Part shown: positions 38,305-52,339 of the stretch, piece after piece
Position numbering within the stretch: the stretch's first letter is position 1
How the letters are laid out: each line of letters opens with the position of its first letter
Assembly (NCBI RefSeq): GCF_026571515.1
Contig: NW_026855510.1
Location: 62,001 to 126,000 of the forward strand
Length of the DNA stretch: 64,000 nucleotides
Direction: 5' to 3'
From: Ruditapes philippinarum
Taxonomy: Eukaryota
The notes under the pieces: generated by a model
Told to the model about the DNA's origin: nothing
The model's database searches: none
The model's input: the letters and a program-made list of their open reading frames with translations, nothing else
Translations under genes and position numbers: made by a program

Positions 38305-40888
38305 ATGGAGATGTTAAAGCATTGTGGTAGCGTACTAGTCATATTTAGTGTTACTATTTTAATATACATTCTTAGTCAAGGTAATACCAATTTTGTATTG
38401 ATTTGAATATTCAATAATAGTTAAGAATTTCATTAAAAACTATTTTATCGCTGATAAATCTTATGCATATATAGATTAGCATCAAATGATCATTTATATC
38501 AAAATTTATTCAGAACTCTTTTTAGTAAAATACTGACATACTTTTCTTATTTTCGTTTTAATTGACGAAATTGTAAGATAATATATATTCATCTTGATTT
38601 ATTTGTACCTTACCCAGATGTTACAACTGGGAATATGATGTTTGTGATTTCACAAGAAACAAGAAACTTGTCCGAGGATGATGAATTTCAGGTTTGGTTT
38701 TGGTTTTTTATTTTAATTTTTTTTTATTTCATATTTAAACTAGATTCTAGTAATAGAATTGAAATATTAATACCAAAAATGGTTCTTAACATGCATTAAA
38801 ATTGTCAAATGATGTTATTAGATTAAAGTATGAAATTTTGTAATAATTAAGGATGAAACTATATTTTCACATTTTATCTCACCTAAAAAAATCAAACACA
38901 TGTATTTATCTGTGAGATTATTATGCATTGTTGATTACGATACTGAATTCTATTGGACTAGCACACAGCTGTAAAACTATATAGGTCGAGGCCAAGTCTC
39001 CTCGTATTATGTCTTTAAGTTTCCTGTGTCTACTCGATCTATGAGACCATCGAGTCGTTGTTAAGCCTTACAAGGTCTAGATAGCTAAAAAATCGACGCT
39101 ATCGTTAGATGACCCGACTTAGTGTTTGATATGTTTGGGACAGAAACTAATGCAACTCCGAGTATTAATAGTGGTGGTTGATATTTCGGGGTTTGTTTAG
39201 GGTTGTTTTACTCTGAAAATGAAAAAGGCTACAATGAGTACAATAGTCATTTGATGTTAAATGTATGACTCGGAAAATAATAATGAGGATAATTTTATAA
39301 AATAAGTTCGATTTATGATTTATATTGGAAGAAAGCTTGAAGTTCTTTGGTTATATCTTATTAGATGTGAAATAAATATTTTTTTAAGAAATATTTAAAC
39401 GGTATCTTTGTAAATATAAAATAAACATGTTTTAACTTCACACAAAGTAGAAATGTTATGTTTAAACTGCTACACTGTATAGGTGGTCACAATATGAATA
39501 TGAACTCGTAGTCATTAACAAAACTGACAGTTTTTTTTTTTAAATAAAATACCAACTTTACTTTACCTGAAACAGGAAACGCAGCTTATACATAAATACA
39601 TGTAGTTTATTAATTCTTTTATTCAAATTAGACATATTCAATAAGAAATTTATAGACTTCAATAAATTGCTGTAATTATTATATATTATTCTCAAGAATG
39701 AGCATAGTATATCTTTAACAAAACCCACATTAAAAAATGTTTCAGGAACAGACACGACCGGTTGAAAGTTCAAACAGGAAACATAAACTCAAAATAGCAA
39801 AAGCGTGTGAGGATCAAGGCACTCCGCAAGCTACAGAATTAGAACAAATGAAAATTCCGGACTTTATTTGGGTAGAAAAGAAACACTCTCTTCTTTACTG
39901 TGCAATACCAAAGGTAGCATCGACCTTTTGGAGACGTACAGTGACCATCATGGGATCAAACGAAAACGTTAACTCTCCTTTTGAAAGCAAAAAAACTGAC
40001 CTGAGAAATTTTGGTAACTTAAAAAGAGACATTAATGAAAAGAGTGTAGATGATTTTCTGAAAAATGCAAGCTCGTTCTTGTTCGTACGTGATCCATATG
40101 GCCGGCTGTTCTCTGGGTATGAACATAAATTATATAATCCAAATTTATCATTTTGGAAGAATTATGGTATGAGAATCGCCAAAACAGTCCGGCAGAATCC
40201 CTCTAATGAAAGTCTCAGATATGGTCATGATATTACATTTGCAGAATTTGTAAAGTATATTCTGTTTCAAAAAGATAATCATTATAGAATTAATCGACAT
40301 TTTACACCAATGTACCAAAAATGTGATCCATGCAGAGTACCATATGACTACATTGGCCACTTAGAAACTTTTCGACAAGATGCTGAATATCTATTTGGTC
40401 TTTGGAGACGCAAATTTACGGACTTTCATATTCATTTTAATGACTTTGAAAAGGAGACAGTATTAGACACAGCTGGAAGTCTGATTAACAGGTTATTCAA
40501 TTCATATAATAAACTTAAACCTGATTTCAAATACCCTTTCTATAATTTAGTTCTTAGAGTATGGAGTGACCTTCAAATAAGAGGATATTTATCTAAAGAT
40601 ATACCACTACCATTTACAAAGGGAGATGTAGACACGTTAACCGCTGAAAATATGTTGAAAGCTGTATCTGACGCTTTGGAAACTAAAGTTAATTTAACCG
40701 CTGTTAAGCTACAGCGACGAGAATCTTTGCAACAGGCGTACAGCACAGTGCCACTTGAAGATATGGAACGACTACATGAATATGTTCTAAAGGATTGTCA
40801 ATTATTCGGTTACAATGACAGACCAAAGCTTCTCTACGAGAGAGGGCAGCTTCTAGAAAGCAATCATTTATATCTTGCAGGTCTATAA
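38305..40888 (+). CDS. Carbohydrate sulfotransferase (CHST11-like), array copy 3; join(38305..38380, 38618..38691, 39746..40888)
   Basis: Exon 1 encodes a type II signal-anchor, MEMLKHCGSVLVIFSVTILIYILSQ. Junctions are GT-AG, phase 1 then phase 0. Catalytic motifs YCAIPKVASTFW, FVRDPYGRLFSGY and CDPC are present. Confidence 0.92.
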
Positions 40889-42064
40889 GGCAATCAAATT
40901 GATGCAATGCTATATTACAGTGTAGAATATACTGAGTCATATATACACTTCTTGATATGTATTATTTCCTAAACTAGACATATTTAAAAAAAATCAACGA
41001 AAATATATTGCACTGCTTCTTTATCCGATTGACTCGAAGTATAAATTCTATTATACGAAAATTTGGTTTGTAATCCAACACACGTATAATATTTTTAGAA
41101 AATATATTGATAACGCAATTGATGTTTGAAAATAAATGTATTCTGTCTATTTTATTCTAGCATTCCTATTTTCACATTGAAAGCAATACTTGTATACACA
41201 TGTATGTGTTAATTTTTTTCTTTCTTTTGAAATTAGATTTAGCAATTTCTTCATAATGAAGAGTGTTCTTATGATCTGTTATATCATTTTTCGATATACA
41301 CGTATTGTTAATTTCTGACCTTGTATTTTCATATTGGAAACCGGGTCAATTTTGTAGAATTATTTTATATGTTGTAAAATAAAATGAGTGAGTTATACAG
41401 TTGGCCTGTGTTTCAGTCCATTTTTCTTGTGATTTGTCAAAGAATATATACAATCAAAATAATAAAAGAAACCAACATAATTTCCAAGGAATAGCCCGAG
41501 ATATACTTTGAATCGCAAAGAATACGACAGTGTTTGTCAAACAAATTGTGTAATATCTGTTAATGTGTTGTATAGGATGACAAAGGTGAGCTATTAAAGC
41601 CAATCAAGTTTGAGAGCTCTAGAAGGGTGTCACCTCTAACTAATGTGTATTAAAATAAAGTGGATTTTTATATAAAACGCAGCAAAAGTTAAAACTGTGG
41701 GTTATTTTCTTTTTTTCCACGGGAACAGATTCAACTCATGCATACAGTGCAGACCGAAATAAGTCAATACAATTTTATTTTTTTATTTTATTCATTTTTT
41801 ATTATTTATTTTTTTTATATTTTTTATTATTTTTTTGTTGTTGTTGTAAATATTGAAGGTTGTGTCTAGGCTAAAAGAAGAAAAAATGTTCATTTAATAT
41901 TTAGCAATTTAGCAAGGTAAAGGTGAGATAGAAGCAAAAGCCTTGCTTCCTCCTGTTATCGAGAATAATAATAAATAAAATACATAAATACAAAATATTT
42001 AAGAAATACATCAACAAAAAGAACAATATATTCAGAAACAATATGGTCACAATTAGTTTGTGTT

Positions 42065-42093
42065 TTGTTGTTGTTGTTGTTGTTGTTGTTGTT
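42065..42093. repeat. (GTT)n microsatellite
   Basis: Seen directly in the sequence. Confidence 0.9.
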
Positions 42094-42269
42094 TTGTGTT
42101 GTTTTTTTTTTTGTCTTTCGGTTTTGTTGCTTTTTTAACAAATGATTGCAATTTGGCCGACAATAATACAATAATCCGAAACCTACATATTAAAAATTTG
42201 ACGAAAGTTTAAACACGTTTATTTATTGCTTTGCGTACTTTTGCAAATTTATAACTGGACAAGTGTCTA

Positions 42270-42460
42270 TCTACTTACCCCTCACCGCGGTGGGTTAGAA
42301 TCCGCCATGCATGTGAGGAAGCTATACAGCTAGCTTAAGGAACGCCGGTGGTTCTGCTAAGGTTCCCGTTTGTGCACGGAGGGGCATTAGAGGTATTCCT
42401 CTACCAATAAAGCTAAAAAGTCGCTTGATGACCATACTGTGTTTGTGCGACGTTTAAATG
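42270..42460 (+). mobile_element. tRNA-derived SINE (partial)
   Basis: CCCCTCACC...GGGTTAGAATCC B-box-like head, conserved core GTGAGGAAGCTATACAGCTAGCTT..GGTGGTTCT, and GTGCGACGTT tail. Two reverse copies occur elsewhere in the window. Confidence 0.6.
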
Positions 42461-43269
42461 TCTAAAACCTAGTTAGGACTTTGCATAACTTTATTAAAAG
42501 TTAAAAAAAACATATAGGGAAAAATTAAAATTCTTATTTGCTCTTTTTATAAAAGCCTAATTAAAAGCAACAAGGTCCTAAATAAGATTTTATGTCTCAA
42601 CTCCTAAAAATACTTTTATTTCTCCCAAGTAGGCTTTTAAAACTCCCTTTTAAAAGAGTTATAAAGTTGTAATTATGGTTATTTCTCCTAATTGTGAGTA
42701 AAAAGTATGTTAATATTTCTTTACATGTATTTTCTTTTGCATATTTTTTCCGTTTTAACCGAACCACTTGATTAATATTAGAATACCAAACAGGGTTTTT
42801 AGGCATTTTTTGCCTTAGTTAAGCAATAAGAAAACTAAAGACCATGACCTCTTATTTATGTTTTGATGTTTGTTCTATGAAATCTCATTAAGGGCAATAA
42901 TGGCAAAACCTAGAAATACATATTAAAGTTTTGTTGACAAGTAATGAAATTTGAAACATGTGACAGAGACTTAAGCAGGTGCAGTCTTAATAATAAAATA
43001 AAGAGATTCCGAAAAAAATGTAATATTAAGTTATAAGTTGAAATGATGTCAAAGGAAGATGCATCGGCAGCAATAAAAAAACAAACAAAAAAAAAACAAG
43101 CAGCCCTCAGTAGAGCAGTAACTCCTATACAATAACATTTTCATTTCTTCCAAAAGTAAGACTTTACAATAAACCTTATCTCTCTATAGCAACACATCTC
43201 TGTAACAACCAATATGTTTGTCTCCCAAAGGGTATTACTCTACAGAGGTTGCACTGTAATAGCAAACAA

Positions 43270-43615
43270 TTGCAGACTCAGTTTTATTGCTTCTGTTCAT
43301 GAATGATTATGGAAATTGCGATATCTCTTCCACCCCCTAGCACCGCCTTTTATTCGGTTTAGGGCACATGCATTCTTTTACTTGGGCAACATATGCGGCT
43401 TTTTATGGAACTATGGCACTAACATGTCTGATTAAAATTTTTTATGATAACTGCCGACTAAATACATCTGTGCATGTTTCTGAATTCTAAAAGTCACCAT
43501 TATAATGTTTAAATGATAAATAATGCTTAGGCCGGTGCTGGGGGCAAAGTGTAACTTGCAATCTCCAGCACGGTTCATGACCAGGCTCAATCAAACCGAG
43601 CCTGGAACATTTTAA
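43270..43615. repeat. Inverted pair of diverged fragments of the 641-bp unit
   Basis: 43270-43346 is a forward copy (TTGCAGACTCAGTTT...CCCCCTAGCACCG) abutting a reverse copy at 43347-43615 (...GGCTCAATCAAACCGAGCCTG). Confidence 0.7.
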
Positions 43616-44602
43616 ATTTTATCGGTTTGGACGTTCTTTATGGATTTTATTTCTCTCTATTTCAACCATCTTCTCTAAAAGCACTGGAATCTTTTATCCT
43701 AAAAGACCAGTAAAATGTGCAAAACACTAAGATTAAGTACGAGAGCCAGTTTAAAATCACGCCATTTGACTTCCGGAATGTAGCATATTAGTGTTTTATT
43801 ACAGCACGGACTTGATTTGATATATGAATAACATAATCTGATTTGTATATTCTTGGAAGTGTATTGATGTATTTAATCTGGTATGCATATCCGCAATCGT
43901 TCATAATTAGCAAAAAGCAATAAGAAGTACATACTTAAACCGAAAATTGTGATCAACCATATGTCACCATTTTCTAAACTTCAGAAGGATTACATGCTCT
44001 GCTCAAAAGGTATCATTAATTGCAATTAACACGTCAGTATATCCGGCTACAGAACCACGCAATGCCACAGATAAAAATTATCGCATGTAATCGTTTTATA
44101 ATAAGTATAAATGTTCGCATACAATTACATTGTATATGATATCAAGTACAAAATAACATAATTTTAAGAAACATTATGAAGCATTTAGGAATGATTTGTC
44201 AATATCTAAAAATGATTTTATCCATTGGGCATTCTACTTTTGATCATGATTAACGAATTGGTTTCTGATGAAATTATATTGCATAGCAAAAACTAACATT
44301 ATACAATATGTCAGTTACAGCATTAAACCCATAAAAACTCCTGAATATTTTATGAAATAAGGGGCATACAAGTTTCAATTCGATTTAAAATATTACGATT
44401 ATAATTTTTAGATAATTCATTTCAATTAGCCAATTTCTTATGACAAACCCTTATGAACAATGCAATGCTATATAAAGCTAAATTGATGCATATTGCATTG
44501 AAGCAAGCATATTATTAACTTGTTAAATCATTGCACAGCTTGGATATATGACATAAGAAGATTTGGCACTCGGACTTCAGAAGATTTATATAACGAGATA
44601 AC

Positions 44603-47109
44603 ATGGAATGTCTTAAGTATTATGGTGTTCTATTGATGATATTAGTTGTTACAATGGTTTTGTATATTCTTCACAAAGGTAACACGTTTCTTCATTTTTG
44701 TTGATCTGTCTTTTAACTAATTTAAAATCTGTCTCTCTTGTTTGTAAGGAGAGACATGAAAGTGTTATTTTCATTGATGTTCGTGTCACGTGAATGGTTA
44801 TTATTGGTAATGAATCTAGGTGGGCTCAAATTTTTTACTTTTTACCCTGAATTGAGTTGCAGATATCTGACACAAAACGCCACCGCTCCATATTGTTTTA
44901 CTATTTTTGATAAAGTATGGGTTAAAGTTATTCTACATTGATTACATGTGTGCTACAATCTTGTTATCAAGCGAAAAAGTCAGCCGACCAAGCTGAGCAT
45001 CCGATTCTTTTTTTATTTTATTTTTTATTTTAAAATACATTCAAGGTCATTCAAACCAAGGTTTAAAATGAACATATGTCTTCGAAAACTCCAGTTCTAC
45101 AATGTCAAACTTTGTCACGTTTTATGCAATATATTATGCAATAAATGATTTAGTGAGGATTTCTAAATTTAGATATTTCTATTGTCATGCTAATTCTTAC
45201 TGAGAGTATGAAAATATTTGTACATGTGCAAACATGCATATACCCTGTTGATTTTGAACGGAATTTCGACATTTGTATAATTTTTAAGCTATCATTTACT
45301 TTGTATCATTTAGTTGTTGCAGAACGGTATGGTAGAACCATGAAATTGTAATACTTGTTTGGGCAGGTATTGGTTTACATGAAACTTGCACTTAAAGAGT
45401 TCGATATTTATTTTTTTTAAAATTCTTCTTTTTTTTCCTTGGTGTGAAAACAGACATCGGAGAAAATACATCGATGCTTGCAGCCGTCAAACCGCCTGAA
45501 TCTGCTAATTGTTCAAATGATCCAATCAATCAGGTTAGTTGTCTTTTCATTTGACTGAAATTATTGATATTTATATATAAAGAGATGATTAAGTTGTTTG
45601 ATATTTAAGTTAGACGACTCTATTTCCTCCAAGAAAGCATATAGCACTAGATCGTTTTGTATACCTTCCTTTCAAGTGAGTCTCTCGTACAGTTGATCAG
45701 CACTGGTGCCACATGGATAAACATGGTCATGACACTAATAAGTCCCAAACCCACGATCCCTGGGTTGAGAGACAGACATCTGAACCATAAGGCCACAGCC
45801 CCGCATGAGTGTATGATTGATTGGTTTCAGATTCATTCTTGTTAAGCGTTTTTGCCCTTTGTATACAGTCATCAATAAACTTAAAATAAATGTTATCAGT
45901 GTGTCGTCTTTGATTTTTTTTCAGAAACATAATCATGTTGATTAAATATTTCAGAAATATGTTAATACCTTATTGGTGGAACGGACCAACTTAGAACGTA
46001 GACTTAAACTAAATAAAGCATGTACTGATCAAGGCACACCACAGCATACCAATTTAGATCCGACGAAAATACAAGAAACAGTTTGGGTCGAGACTAAACA
46101 TTCAATATTCTATTGTGCTATAACAAAGGTCGGATCAGCGTTTTGGAGACGTACATTGTCAATTATGGCTTCAGAGAAGAATTTCAGCTCACCCTTTGAC
46201 ATATCACAAGGTTTCTTTAAACTAGAACAATTTATTAATATCAAAAATAGCTTTAATGAAAAGGAGTTAGAAAGTTTCTTGAAAGGTGTTACTTCATTCA
46301 TGTTTGTAAGAGATCCATATGGGCGATTATTCTCCGGTTATATTAACAAAATATATGACACTAATCCAGCTTTTTGGGGTAGGTACGGGACAAAAGCTGT
46401 TCAGTTGTTCAGGAAAAACCCTTCTGAAGTAAGTCTCAAGTATGGTCACGACGTAACATTTGCAGAATTTGTAAAATTCATTTTACTCAGGAAGGAACAA
46501 AATGAATCGATAGACAGACATTTCGCGCCAATGCACGAGAAATGTAACCCGTGTGGTCATCCTTACGACTACATTGGACATATTGAAACATTCCGGCAAG
46601 ATACCGAGTATCTCTTTGATCAGTGGAGAAACAAATTTACTGATTTTAAAATTCATTTTGATGATTTTGAAAAGGAAACTGTCTTGGATACGGCCGGGTT
46701 ACTTATTCGTCGAATGTTTAGTTTCTATACAAAAAACAAACGTAATTTCAAATATCCGTTGTATAATCTAGTTCTAAGAGCATGGTGTGATCTTCAAATT
46801 CGAGGTTATTTATCAAAAGACATTCCACTACCATATACTAAACATGATGTGGAAAATTTAACAGCGGCAAAAATGTTGGAAGCGGTATCTGCTGCTTTGG
46901 AGATTAAAGTCAATCAAACTGCTGTTAAACTCCAGCGACGAGAATCGTTGCAACAAGCATACAGTACTGTGTCCCTTGAAGACATGGAAAGACTTCGCGA
47001 ATACGTGCTCAAAGATTGCCAATTGTTTAGTTATGATGACAGACCAAAACTCCTTTTTGATAGAAGTAATATGTTAGAAACTAAACATTTTTACTTGGCA
47101 GGTATTTGA
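44603..47109 (+). CDS. Carbohydrate sulfotransferase (CHST11-like), array copy 4; join(44603..44678, 45454..45533, 45955..47109)
   Basis: Exon 1 is 76 nt, as in copy 3, and encodes the signal-anchor MECLKYYGVLLMILVVTMVLYILHK. GT-AG junctions have matching phases. Catalytic motifs YCAITKVGSAFW, FVRDPYGRLFSGY and CNPC are present. Confidence 0.92.
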
Positions 47110-48729
47110 AATATTTCAAATATATATTTTTGTGAACATAATAAAGCCTTCAAAGTAAACATAGAATGGGGATGTTTCCAGATAAAAGATTGACTGTACT
47201 GTTTCATATTGAAGCAATTTTTGTCTTTGTCATACTTACCTTGTACTCAGTTTATTTTCTGTATAATCAATATGTACACTAATTACAAGTAATTGTCATT
47301 TTCAGTACATATGCATGCATTAACATCAATTGTTTCTTTGTGTTTAATTAAAATATACATTTTAACGATAATCTACGTTTTGGACACCGTACATTGTTCT
47401 TACAATGACATGGTGTCAACAGGCAAGGAGCTCATACGTCTTAGCAAATTCATGTTTGTTTTCTAAACCAATACTTTCCAGACCTTTGTTAGTGATATTT
47501 GATTTCTAATTTTATGTATTGATAAATAAATAAACATTCAGATCAATCTAATCAAAATTAGCTCCTAAATTACGCTAAGCATAAGAATCTTACATTCAAC
47601 CATAAGTAGTCACCTTCGCGTGGTTTTTCAAAGAACAAATCATCGGCGAGCTTTCATTGTTTTGAAAGAGATGCAGTTTCTAATTCCAACCCTTGGAGAA
47701 GGTAATTTTCACGATTTCAAGAACAAACAATCATGACGTTGCCTATATAGCCGACAGGTAAACTGACAAAACAATCTTGCCCATTAAAAATTGACTGTAT
47801 TTTTTTAAGTTAATTTGTTAAAAATTACTTCAAACTTTTTTTTTAACAAAAATCAACAATTTGTTTAGCTTCCATGAATAACGGTATTTTGATGCTTCTT
47901 CTAATGCCTATCTGTAAAAATCGGTTTGATTGCATGGCTAAAAAATCCGTTTTGTGCCTAGAAAACGACCCATTTTCCTGAAAAGAAACGAATTATGAAA
48001 GTGCTTTTATAATTTACAGTTCCCACTGAAATAATAGTTATAAAGCGGAAAATAAGTTAAGTCATCTTTTTGCGTACATGACCATTTTCATAAAACAATC
48101 CATGTGCATTATGAGCTATGCATGTCCGCTCAATGCGATTAAGATTTGTTACAATTTCCTTAAAACCATTGAAAGAGTTACAGAGCAGGCATAAAAAAGT
48201 CAAAAAGGCATTGACCCATAATTGCGACTGTGGGCATAAAGTGAACCATGTAAATATTATGCAAGGACGTTCCTTGATGTGAAAAATGAATATGCAAAGT
48301 TTCTTTGATATTTTTGGAATAGTTTATCACTAACTTTCTTACAGCGTTATAACAAATTCAAACACGCTTTACATAGTTTATTTCAAACAATGATATAACA
48401 TGTTGTTAAAGTAGAAAGGATTAGAGTTGAAAGATTAGAGTTGAAAGTTATATATAAAGCTAATTTAAAGGTCTTCTCCTCTATATTTGTACAATGCAGG
48501 TAAATTATGACAGTATTTGCAATATTGAAACAATGAAGTTAATTTTTAACATATTTGGAACGACAAGAAAATCGAAGTTTAAGCTAGTGAAACTAGCTAT
48601 TGTTCAAAAGATCTTATTTTTAAGAATATAAATAATTGAATAGAATTAGAAAGAGGGTAAAGAAGATTCATTCGGATAGGTCAAGTTAGCAAAATATTTT
48701 GTGAAACTAAGCTCATGGAAATCGGTTAC

Positions 48730-51390
48730 TTTCACGTATATATACATGAACTGCTTGAACAGTTTTAGAATTAATAGCATGGCTAAGATTCTGGTCTCCG
48801 TTTAGTAAGGTATGAAGTGTTATAGTACATATGTTAGAAACAGCATCAAATAGTCTGAGTCTGATATCATTATAGAAGTGACACTCATAGAAGAAGTGGT
48901 GATAACTTTACAGGAGTCCACATTGACAATTTGGTGAGGGGGATATATATTTTCTGAATAAGTGATGGTTTATATAGCTACATTCTGTTCGGAGCCGTGT
49001 GTGCATGACTTGCCATTTCTTTCACCTATGTTATAATATTTGGGGCATTTTCTTATATTGCCTTAAAGGAGGACAAAGATGAGCCATACCATGACAAAAC
49101 CAACGTAATGGGTTTGCGACCAGCATGGATCCAGACCAGCCTGCGCATCCGCGCAGTCTGATCAGGATCCATGCTGTTCGCTATCAGTTATAGGGTTTTT
49201 AGCGAACAGCATGGATCCTGATCAGACTGCGCGGATGCGCAGGCTGGTCTGGATCCATGCTGGTCGCAAACCCATTTCGTTGGTTTTTTTCATGGCATGG
49301 CTCAGATATTGAGTTTTATATTTCTATTGAGAGTGAGTTCCAATCTCTCAAACTAGATGGCAGAAATGCATTATGGTAAAGAGAAGTTCGTGTGCATATT
49401 GTTTGCATACCAGAAGCATTTCGTAAATTGTACCTGGACGTTTCTCCAACTGATGGTGGAACTAAGGACGATAAATAATCTGGTGTGAGATAGTTTCTCA
49501 TTTTGTAAAACAAAATAAGTTTGTGATTCTGTCTTCGGCTTCCGAGGGATTCCCAAAATACTTCTTCTTGAAGTTCACGAAGAGATACTAGTTTAGTGGT
49601 CCCTGAAACTATACGGGTGGCTTCGTGTTGAATTTTATCAAGTTCAAGTTTTTCATATTGTGTTCAGTTGATCCAGATTACATCTGCATACTCAATGAGA
49701 AGTCTTATGAATGAAAGATATATAACTTTTAGTGATCTCCTGTCTAGTGTAAATTTAAATTTTCTCATGATATGAATTCTTTTCCAAGCCTTCTCTTTGA
49801 TAGAATTAATATGTATATGCCAAGAGCAATCAACCGAAAAGTAAAGACCAAGATGTTTATGACTATTTACTGAGGAGATAGGCTGATCATGCATTAGAAG
49901 TGGCAGATGATAAGGCTTAGTTGTTTTGCGTGACATGATCATAGTTTCCTATTTAGAAGGGTGAAATGTTACAAGCCATTTATCAGCCCAACTTAAAATT
50001 TTGTCGATATCAGATTGAAGAGTTGTCGCGGCAGCAATTGGATAGTCAACAATTATGTGCAAACTAGTATCATCGGCAAAGAGGTGTATGCTTGAGTTTA
50101 AATCTTCAACAATATCATTAATGTATACTAGGAACAACAGAGGCCCAAGAATAGATCCTTGAGGAACTCCTGCATTTACAGTTGACCAATCAGAATGAGC
50201 TCCAGGGAGAACGACACATTGACGTCTGTTAGAAAGATAATCAGAGAACCAGTTCAGCAATTTTCCATTTAATCCAGCATTTTTTAATTTATAGAGAAGA
50301 CCATTATGCCATACCTTGTCGAAAGCTTTACTTATATAAAAAAATACTGTTCTCACTTCTAATCTGTCGTCGAGAGCCTTACAAAAGGTATTGTATAAAC
50401 AAGTAAGCTGATTGACTGTTGAGTCTCCTGGTGTAAAGCCAGACTGTACAGAAGAAAGAAATTTGTTATCACGAAAAAAGTTAAAAACATATTTAAATAC
50501 AATACGCTCAAGTACCTTTTCTATACAACAAAATAAAGATGTTGGTCGATTATTGTTCAGTAATGAGGGATCACCTTTCTTAAAGACTGCACATACATTT
50601 GCATCTTTCCACATTAGGGGTACCGTACTGCATTGAAGAGATTGATTGAATAGAGAACAATGAGGGTATTTAAGAACAGATGCAGTTTCTCGTATTATTC
50701 TGTTATTTATTCCATCTGCTCCTGAAGCTTTGTTTGTTTTTAAAAATCTTAGAGCGTCTTCTACATCTTGAGGGATATGTAACACATTTCTAGTTTATTT
50801 CATGGAGACTGACAAAGGTTTCTAGGAAAGTCAGTGTTTTGGTTGTCAATTGAAGCTTGTGCAGAAAAGAATTCATTCAGAATATTTGCTTTTGAAAATG
50901 AATCATAAACAATTTCACAAGTAGCAGGATTGAATAGAGGAGGAATAGTTTGTTTATCAGCCGGAGAGATGAAATCTTTAAGATGAAATCTTTAAGGAGT
51001 TGCCACCAGTCTTTTGATGTTAGAGTTTCTGATTTTAGTGAATAGGCCATTTTTTGAAAATAGTTTTGTTTTGCAGTGCGAATCAGAGATACTGCTTCAT
51101 TTCTTAATGTTTTAAATTTATGCCAGTGAAGAGGATTTTGTATTAATTTAGCTCTATGGTAGTATTTTTTGCGTTTAGTAATTTTTCTTTTTTTATATGT
51201 GACGATATCCATGGTTTGTCATTTGGTTTTACATTTATGTTTCGTGTTGGCAGAGACCTAGATATCTATGTTTCTGGTGTTGGAATACACTGCTTTGCAA
51301 GTTTAAGCATATTGTTTGTAAATGAGGAAGCGTAGTTGTTGATATCGTTATCCTTAAATTGATCCCAATCTGTAGCAGAAATGTTTAATC
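48730..51390 (-). mobile_element. Decayed LINE (CR1-like non-LTR retrotransposon), 5'-truncated
   Basis: RT ORF 49949-50785 has KAFDKVWH, VPQGSILGPLLF and FADD. Downstream fragments include HKHLGL, FLPSSLRDWNSL and HTRLRTECS. Frameshifts and stops are present, and a MITE interrupts it at 49081. Confidence 0.9.
49081..49303. mobile_element. Palindromic Sola-like MITE (copy 5) inserted in LINE
   Basis: GAGCC...GGCTC termini with a 4-bp TSD AGAT (49077-49080 and 49304-49307). Confidence 0.88.
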
Positions 51391-52339
51391 AAAGCTTGAT
51401 TGTACTGCTACATAATTTCCTCAAGTGAAATGTCTTCAGATTGTTACTTTTATATTCTCGTTTATATATTTCTCAAATATTTGGAAAAGAATAGTATCAG
51501 TCGTTAATATGGTATATACAATAAGATATTATATTCTGTCGTTAATCCATTTATTTAAGTGTTTTGACAGATCTGTTTCATATACATATTTTACATGATG
51601 TTCTTTTATTTAAATCACATTAGGTTTTACTTATTTTGTAAAAAAAAATATAGCGTTTAAGCAATAAATGTCCTCTGTTTTTGAATTTATATTTTGTCAA
51701 ATGAGATCGTTCGATTCTCAAATTTCGTGGTATACCGGTATTTAGTTAATTATATCTGCAACAAGTTTTCATTGCATACTATCATGTTAAAGCTGCATTT
51801 TATAAATATATAAAACATATTTTTCTGTTGGCTTAAAAACCAAGCATTCTATAATTTCATTAACCTTTCTAACAGTAGTGTTAATCTCTTCAAATAGTGT
51901 TCATAAATAATTATTTTAAAAGGAAAACACCTAGGTAACAGTAAAGTCCGTATACGAATATTAATACATTTAGCATGCAAATGAGGACTATAATTAGCTC
52001 GTGTATTCTCTGCGTCACAGTGGTATTTTATGAAATTTATAAAATGCATAATTATCATACTCGCTAGTCAACAATATTTTCAATTAGTTTTCATCTACAT
52101 CTACATTATACTGCTTAACAATCAATTCTGATTATGACTAACAGGCGCGTTGTCAGGGAACTGTTAATAAAAGAAATTATTTATATGCAAATTAAAAAGT
52201 TAAAAGAATAAAAGTTCTACAAGACTATTAATTTAAAAGACATAGTGTGCGATTTAGAATTTATAGAATGGGTCAAGCCTCTCAGTAAAGATGTTTAAAC
52301 TGGGGCTAGACTTAACAGTTAGAGGAAGGCTATTCCAAA

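Noticed and set aside
45735-45810. tRNA-like sequence in copy 4 intron
   Set aside because: It is too degenerate for a tRNA gene. It is probably a SINE head, but the family could not be supported.
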